Both the position numbers and the translations under genes were made by a program. A stretch of DNA of 64,000 bases, taken from the NCBI GenBank assembly GCA_949298805.1, contig CASFXY010000006.1, forward strand, positions 17,442 through 81,441. Direction: 5' to 3'. The stretch's first letter is position 1, and the number at the start of each line of letters is the position of its first letter. Below, piece after piece: positions 59,164-64,000 of the stretch. The notes under the pieces are model-generated. The model worked only from the letters and a program-made list of their open reading frames with translations. It had not been told where the DNA came from and did not search any database. The DNA is from an uncultured bacterium (GTDB taxonomy: Bacteria > Cyanobacteriota > Vampirovibrionia > Gastranaerophilales > Gastranaerophilaceae).

Positions 59164-59883
59164 GTGTTTTGTGGAAATATGAAAATATGCAAATTAAATT
59201 TTAATATTAACAATACCTTGCCTCGGCAAAATTTTACAAGAAAGCCATTTGTTCAAGGGTTAGGCAATTGTGATAGTTTTGAAAAATCAAATGATGTAAA
59301 TTTCGGTGCGCAAAAATTATATGATGTTAATTTAAGAAGGAGAACAACCGGTAGAAAGCTTAAGGCGCAAGTTTTTGCATTAGATTCTTCGGCTCGCGAT
59401 AAAAATCTATTCTTTAATCTTTATTTAGGTTGGGGGGTAACTCAATATGCACTTCCTATGTACCAGAATTATCATAGGGGCGGAAAAGATAAGTTTATTG
59501 CCGTATCGCTTGGAAATGAACCGCATCCGAGGGCAGGAAATATACAAAGTGTTGTGAATTTTAAAGATGTAAGAGTTAACGGCAAAAAGGAATGCAGGAT
59601 AATATATTTGCAGTCTGCCCCAAATATAGCCGATAATCCCAAGAGTTCTGTCAGGGGTGCAGGCGAGGTGGCTTTGTACGCGGTTGTAAAATATGCAAAG
59701 AAAAATAAATGCAGCAGAATTTCTCTTTTAAGTACAAATAATGATTTCTATGAAAGAATAGGTTTCAAAATGGGTGTTAAAAGTCATCCTCTAAGTAATA
59801 TTTGCGAATATTATCTTGAGGAGAAAGATTATAATGCTTTTTTAGGCATGATTGAGAAAAAATACAGCTTTAAAACTTTGTGA
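59164..59883 (+). CDS. GNAT-family N-acetyltransferase-like protein with an N-terminal extension of about 60 aa
   Basis: Motif A-like VRGAGEVALYAVVKYAKKN and motif B-like NNDFYERIGFK. The start may be the ATG at 59179 (MKICKL). Confidence 0.55.
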   Translation: MFCGNMKICKLNFNINNTLPRQNFTRKPFVQGLGNCDSFEKSNDVNFGAQKLYDVNLRRRTTGRKLKAQVFALDSSARDKNLFFNLYLGWGVTQYALPMYQNYHRGGKDKFIAVSLGNEPHPRAGNIQSVVNFKDVRVNGKKECRIIYLQSAPNIADNPKSSVRGAGEVALYAVVKYAKKNKCSRISLLSTNNDFYERIGFKMGVKSHPLSNICEYYLEEKDYNAFLGMIEKKYSFKTL

Positions 59884-59896
59884 TATAATTTTTACC

Positions 59897-61420
59897 ATGG
59901 TAGCAAAAATAACGACGGCAACGCTTAATGCTCTTGAGGCATATAAAATTGATGTTGAAGTTGATGTGGTTAATTCTTTGCCCCAAGTTACAATAATAGG
60001 TCTTGGAGATACCGCAATTACTGAGGCAAAGGAACGCTTAAGACTTGCAATTAAAAATTCGGGGTACAATTTTCCGCAGACAAAAGTGGTTATAAACCTT
60101 GCCCCTGCTGATATTAAGAAAGAGGGCACAAGCTATGACCTTGCTATGGCGGTAGGAATTTTAGCTAAAGAAAATATTGTTAAAGACATCCCCGAGGATA
60201 TTGCTTTTTTGGGCGAACTGTCTTTGGATGGTTCAATTCGTCCGATAAGCGGTGTTTTACCAATTGTTTGCGCATTGAGCGATTTAGGCATAAAAAAAGT
60301 TATTTTGCCTTATGAGAATTTAAAAGAGGCAAGTTTTGTTGAAAATATTGAGTCCTTGGGCACAAAAAATCTGTGTGAACTTGTTCAATTTTTAAATAAT
60401 CAAGGAAATTTACATACCTTAAAGCAAAATATTGATGATTTTTTGAGTGTAGAAGATAATTTTGAAATTGATTTTAAACATGTAAAAGGACAAAAAAATG
60501 CAAAGTATGCACTTGAAATTGCTGCAGCAGGCGCACACAATGTTTTAATGTGCGGGACTCCTGGGTCCGGCAAAACAATGCTTTCAAAAGCTTTTGTTTC
60601 AATTTTGCCTCCTTTGGAGAAAAGTGAAGCAATAGAGCTTACAAAAATTTATTCTGCATCCGGACTTTTGGATTACGATAAACCGTTAATTTCCCGTCGT
60701 CCTTTTCGCTCACCGCATCATAGTGCATCTGCCGTAGGTATTATTGGCGGCGGTTCTAAGGTTAGCGCCGGTGAGATTACCCTTGCGCATAGGGGTGTTT
60801 TGTTTTTGGATGAAATGGTTGAGTTTCCCCGTCATGTTTTGGAAGTTTTACGTCAACCTTTAGAAGATGGTGTTGTTACAATTTCAAGAGCAAGCAAAAC
60901 TGTTAAATTTCCCGCAAATTTTATACTTATAGGGGCAATGAACCCTTGTCCTTGCGGTTTTTTGGGCGATCCCAAAAAACAGTGTGTATGTTCAGATTAT
61001 CAAATAAAACGTTACCGTTCTCGTCTTTCGGGTCCTCTTTTGGATAGAATTGATTTACAAATTGAAGTTCCCAGATTAAGCGAAGATGAGTTATTAAATA
61101 TAAAAGAAGACAGTGAAGATTCAAAAACAATAAGAAAAAGAGTTGTGGCTGCAAGGCAAATTCAGCTAGAAAGATATAAAAATGACGGAATTTTAACAAA
61201 TTCCGAATTAAGCGCAAAACTTGTTAAAAAGTATTGCAATATTGATGATGAATCAAAAAAAATGCTAAAATTTGCAATTTCAAAGTTTAATCTTTCGGCA
61301 AGATCATACGAAAGAATATTAAAACTTTCAAGAACAATTGCAGATTTGAAGGGGCAAAAAGATATATTGGCGCAGGATATAGCACAAGCTTTGCAGTTTA
61401 GGGGTTTGTCTGAAATTTAA
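59897..61420 (+). CDS. comM: Mg-chelatase-like AAA+ protein, YifB/ComM family
   Basis: Lon-protease-like N-domain (LAPADIKKEGTSYDLAMAVGIL), Walker A GTPGSGKTM, Walker B LFLDE, and CPCG...C.C. The ATG at 59897 avoids overlap with the upstream gene. Confidence 0.9.
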   Translation: MVAKITTATLNALEAYKIDVEVDVVNSLPQVTIIGLGDTAITEAKERLRLAIKNSGYNFPQTKVVINLAPADIKKEGTSYDLAMAVGILAKENIVKDIPEDIAFLGELSLDGSIRPISGVLPIVCALSDLGIKKVILPYENLKEASFVENIESLGTKNLCELVQFLNNQGNLHTLKQNIDDFLSVEDNFEIDFKHVKGQKNAKYALEIAAAGAHNVLMCGTPGSGKTMLSKAFVSILPPLEKSEAIELTKIYSASGLLDYDKPLISRRPFRSPHHSASAVGIIGGGSKVSAGEITLAHRGVLFLDEMVEFPRHVLEVLRQPLEDGVVTISRASKTVKFPANFILIGAMNPCPCGFLGDPKKQCVCSDYQIKRYRSRLSGPLLDRIDLQIEVPRLSEDELLNIKEDSEDSKTIRKRVVAARQIQLERYKNDGILTNSELSAKLVKKYCNIDDESKKMLKFAISKFNLSARSYERILKLSRTIADLKGQKDILAQDIAQALQFRGLSEI

Positions 61421-61439
61421 AATTACCCTTGCGGCTAAA

Positions 61440-61468
61440 TTGAAATTTCAGAAATTACAGTTTATAAT
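61440..61468 (+). promoter_or_regulatory. Near-consensus sigma-70 promoter of the thioredoxin-ccdA pair
   Basis: TTGAAA, 17-nt spacer, TATAAT. It lies 27 nt upstream of the ATG at 61496. Confidence 0.5.
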
Positions 61469-61495
61469 TTGACAGTAATTTTAGAGAGGTTATTT

Positions 61496-61897
61496 ATGAA
61501 AAATTGGATTATAGTACTTTTAGTTTTTGCTATCCCTCTGGGGCTCTATGCTTATCTTGAATCAAATACTCAGTCAAGTGTTGCAAAAGAAGAAATGACT
61601 GTTAATAAAACTCAAAAACCGCGCGTTATTAAGTTTTATTCACCAATGTGTTCAGATTGTCAAAAAGTTTCAAAAGAAATGCTTGGAGTTGTAGAAGACT
61701 TTAAAGATGCTGTTACCTTCGAAGAAATTAATGTTTCAGAGCAAACTGATAAAAATAAGGCCTTAATAAAAAAATATAAAATAACTCTTGTGCCGACTTT
61801 AATTTTTGAATCTAAAGACGGTAAAATTGTTAAAAAAGTCGAAGGCTACATTGAAGATGATGAAATTCAAAGCAATATAGTAAATATTAGTAAGTAG
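61496..61897 (+). CDS. Membrane-anchored thioredoxin-like protein (CxxC)
   Basis: GAGAGG SD, N-terminal TM helix (WIIVLLVFAIPLGLYAYL), VIKFYSPMCSDCQKV, TLVPTLIF. Confidence 0.75.
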   Translation: MKNWIIVLLVFAIPLGLYAYLESNTQSSVAKEEMTVNKTQKPRVIKFYSPMCSDCQKVSKEMLGVVEDFKDAVTFEEINVSEQTDKNKALIKKYKITLVPTLIFESKDGKIVKKVEGYIEDDEIQSNIVNISK

Positions 61898-61906
61898 GAA
61901 TTTTCA

Positions 61907-62620
61907 ATGGAATCTTTAGTTGCAAGCTTAACAACATATTTAAAAACGCAAGAATTTTCATACATCTTTTTACTTATTTCTTTTGCAGGCGGAATTCTTG
62001 CATCTTTATCACCTTGTTCGCTCTCGGTTTTGCCAATAGTTGTTGGCTATGTAGGCGGGTATAGTGAAGAATCGGGTTTTAAAACTTTTCTTCAACTTGT
62101 ATCCTTTGTAATAGGGTTATCCGCAGTTCTGACCGTAATCGGGATTATATGCGCGCTTGGCGGCAGAGCTTTTGTTTCAATAGGCGGCGCGTACTGGGTG
62201 CTGTTTGTCGCATCGGTCATTTTGCTTTTTGGCTTAAATTTATTGGGTGTTTTGGAATTTAACTTTCCTGTTATAGTGAAACAAATTCCCAAGGGCGATG
62301 CGCACAGTTTATTTATTTATCCTTTTATATTGGGGGCAATTTTTGCACTTGCCTCAACCCCATGTTCAACCCCGATTCTTGTAGGAATTATGAGTTTTGC
62401 ATCATTGAGTGCAAATTTAGTATATGCAGCGTTAATGCTTTTTATGTTTTCTTTGGGTCAGGGTGTTATTATAATATTGGCAGGTGTGTTTACATCTTTT
62501 GTTAAAAAAGCAAGAATGTTCTCTAATATTTCTGAGATTTTCCTCAAGGTTATGGGTGTACTTTTGGTGCTTTCTGCAATATTTATTTACTACAATGTTT
62601 TTGCAAGATTTTTTGTTTAA
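61907..62620 (+). CDS. ccdA: Cytochrome c-type biogenesis/thiol:disulfide transporter CcdA (DsbD family)
   Basis: Six TM helices with LSPCSLSVLP and STPCSTPIL cysteine motifs. Confidence 0.85.
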   Translation: MESLVASLTTYLKTQEFSYIFLLISFAGGILASLSPCSLSVLPIVVGYVGGYSEESGFKTFLQLVSFVIGLSAVLTVIGIICALGGRAFVSIGGAYWVLFVASVILLFGLNLLGVLEFNFPVIVKQIPKGDAHSLFIYPFILGAIFALASTPCSTPILVGIMSFASLSANLVYAALMLFMFSLGQGVIIILAGVFTSFVKKARMFSNISEIFLKVMGVLLVLSAIFIYYNVFARFFV

Positions 62621-62713
62621 AATTTGAATAATTAATTTTTTGTTAATAATTCCTCCATGTTTTAAAAATAATTATATTATTTACTCATAAAGTTAAAAAA
62701 GGAGGATAATATC

Positions 62714-64000
<1,287 letters not shown>

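Noticed and set aside
62621-62713. Search for a CIRCE (HrcA) operator upstream of groES
   Set aside because: No TTAGCACTC/GAGTGCTAA half-sites or comparable inverted repeat are present.

Overview
The window is an AT-rich (about one-third G+C by eye), tightly packed chromosomal segment with about 60 protein genes. I could not recognise any rRNA, tRNA, CRISPR array or mobile element.

Housekeeping genes: metG, lysS, ftsZ, glnA, gyrB, rpsA, groES and a partial groEL, pdp, rlmH, rluD, lspA, trkA/trkH, fcl, a xerC/D-type recombinase, a comM/yifB-like gene and a thioredoxin-ccdA pair.

Gene clusters:
- An F-type ATP synthase operon in the order a-c-b'-b-delta-alpha-gamma, with no beta or epsilon subunit. 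This is the cyanobacterial/chloroplast 'atp1' layout.
- A flagellar early operon, flgB-flgC-fliE-fliF-fliG-fliH-fliI, directly preceded by a NarL-type response regulator and a soluble histidine kinase.
- A chemosensory locus. One arm carries mcp, a hybrid cheA-cheW-REC, a Ppx/GppA-type HD protein and a TPR protein. The divergent arm carries a REC-degenerate-GGDEF protein and a double-CheW protein.
- A Maf/DUF115 gene.
- A SigB/F-type sigma factor overlapping a prepilin peptidase.
- A TPR-TPR-GAF-GGDEF operon.

The atp1 layout together with flagella and low G+C suggests a non-photosynthetic cyanobacterial relative (Melainabacteria/Vampirovibrionia-like). This is inference only.

Most notable observations:
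1. A 19-nt direct-repeat motif (CTTAATATTTCTTAATAAA) recurs in five intergenic regions. The copies lie upstream of uncharacterised genes, including a tandem pair of HTH-WYL-like regulators.
2. The chemosensory module is atypical. An HD protein and a TPR protein are translationally coupled to cheA, and a degenerate-GGDEF receiver is encoded divergently.
3. A two-component system is fused to the flagellar rod/MS-ring operon.
4. The alpha-glucan phosphorylase homolog has Ser in place of the PLP-attachment lysine.
5. A JAB-like gene and a GNAT gene form a divergent pair.

All family calls rest on motifs read by eye. No searches were run.
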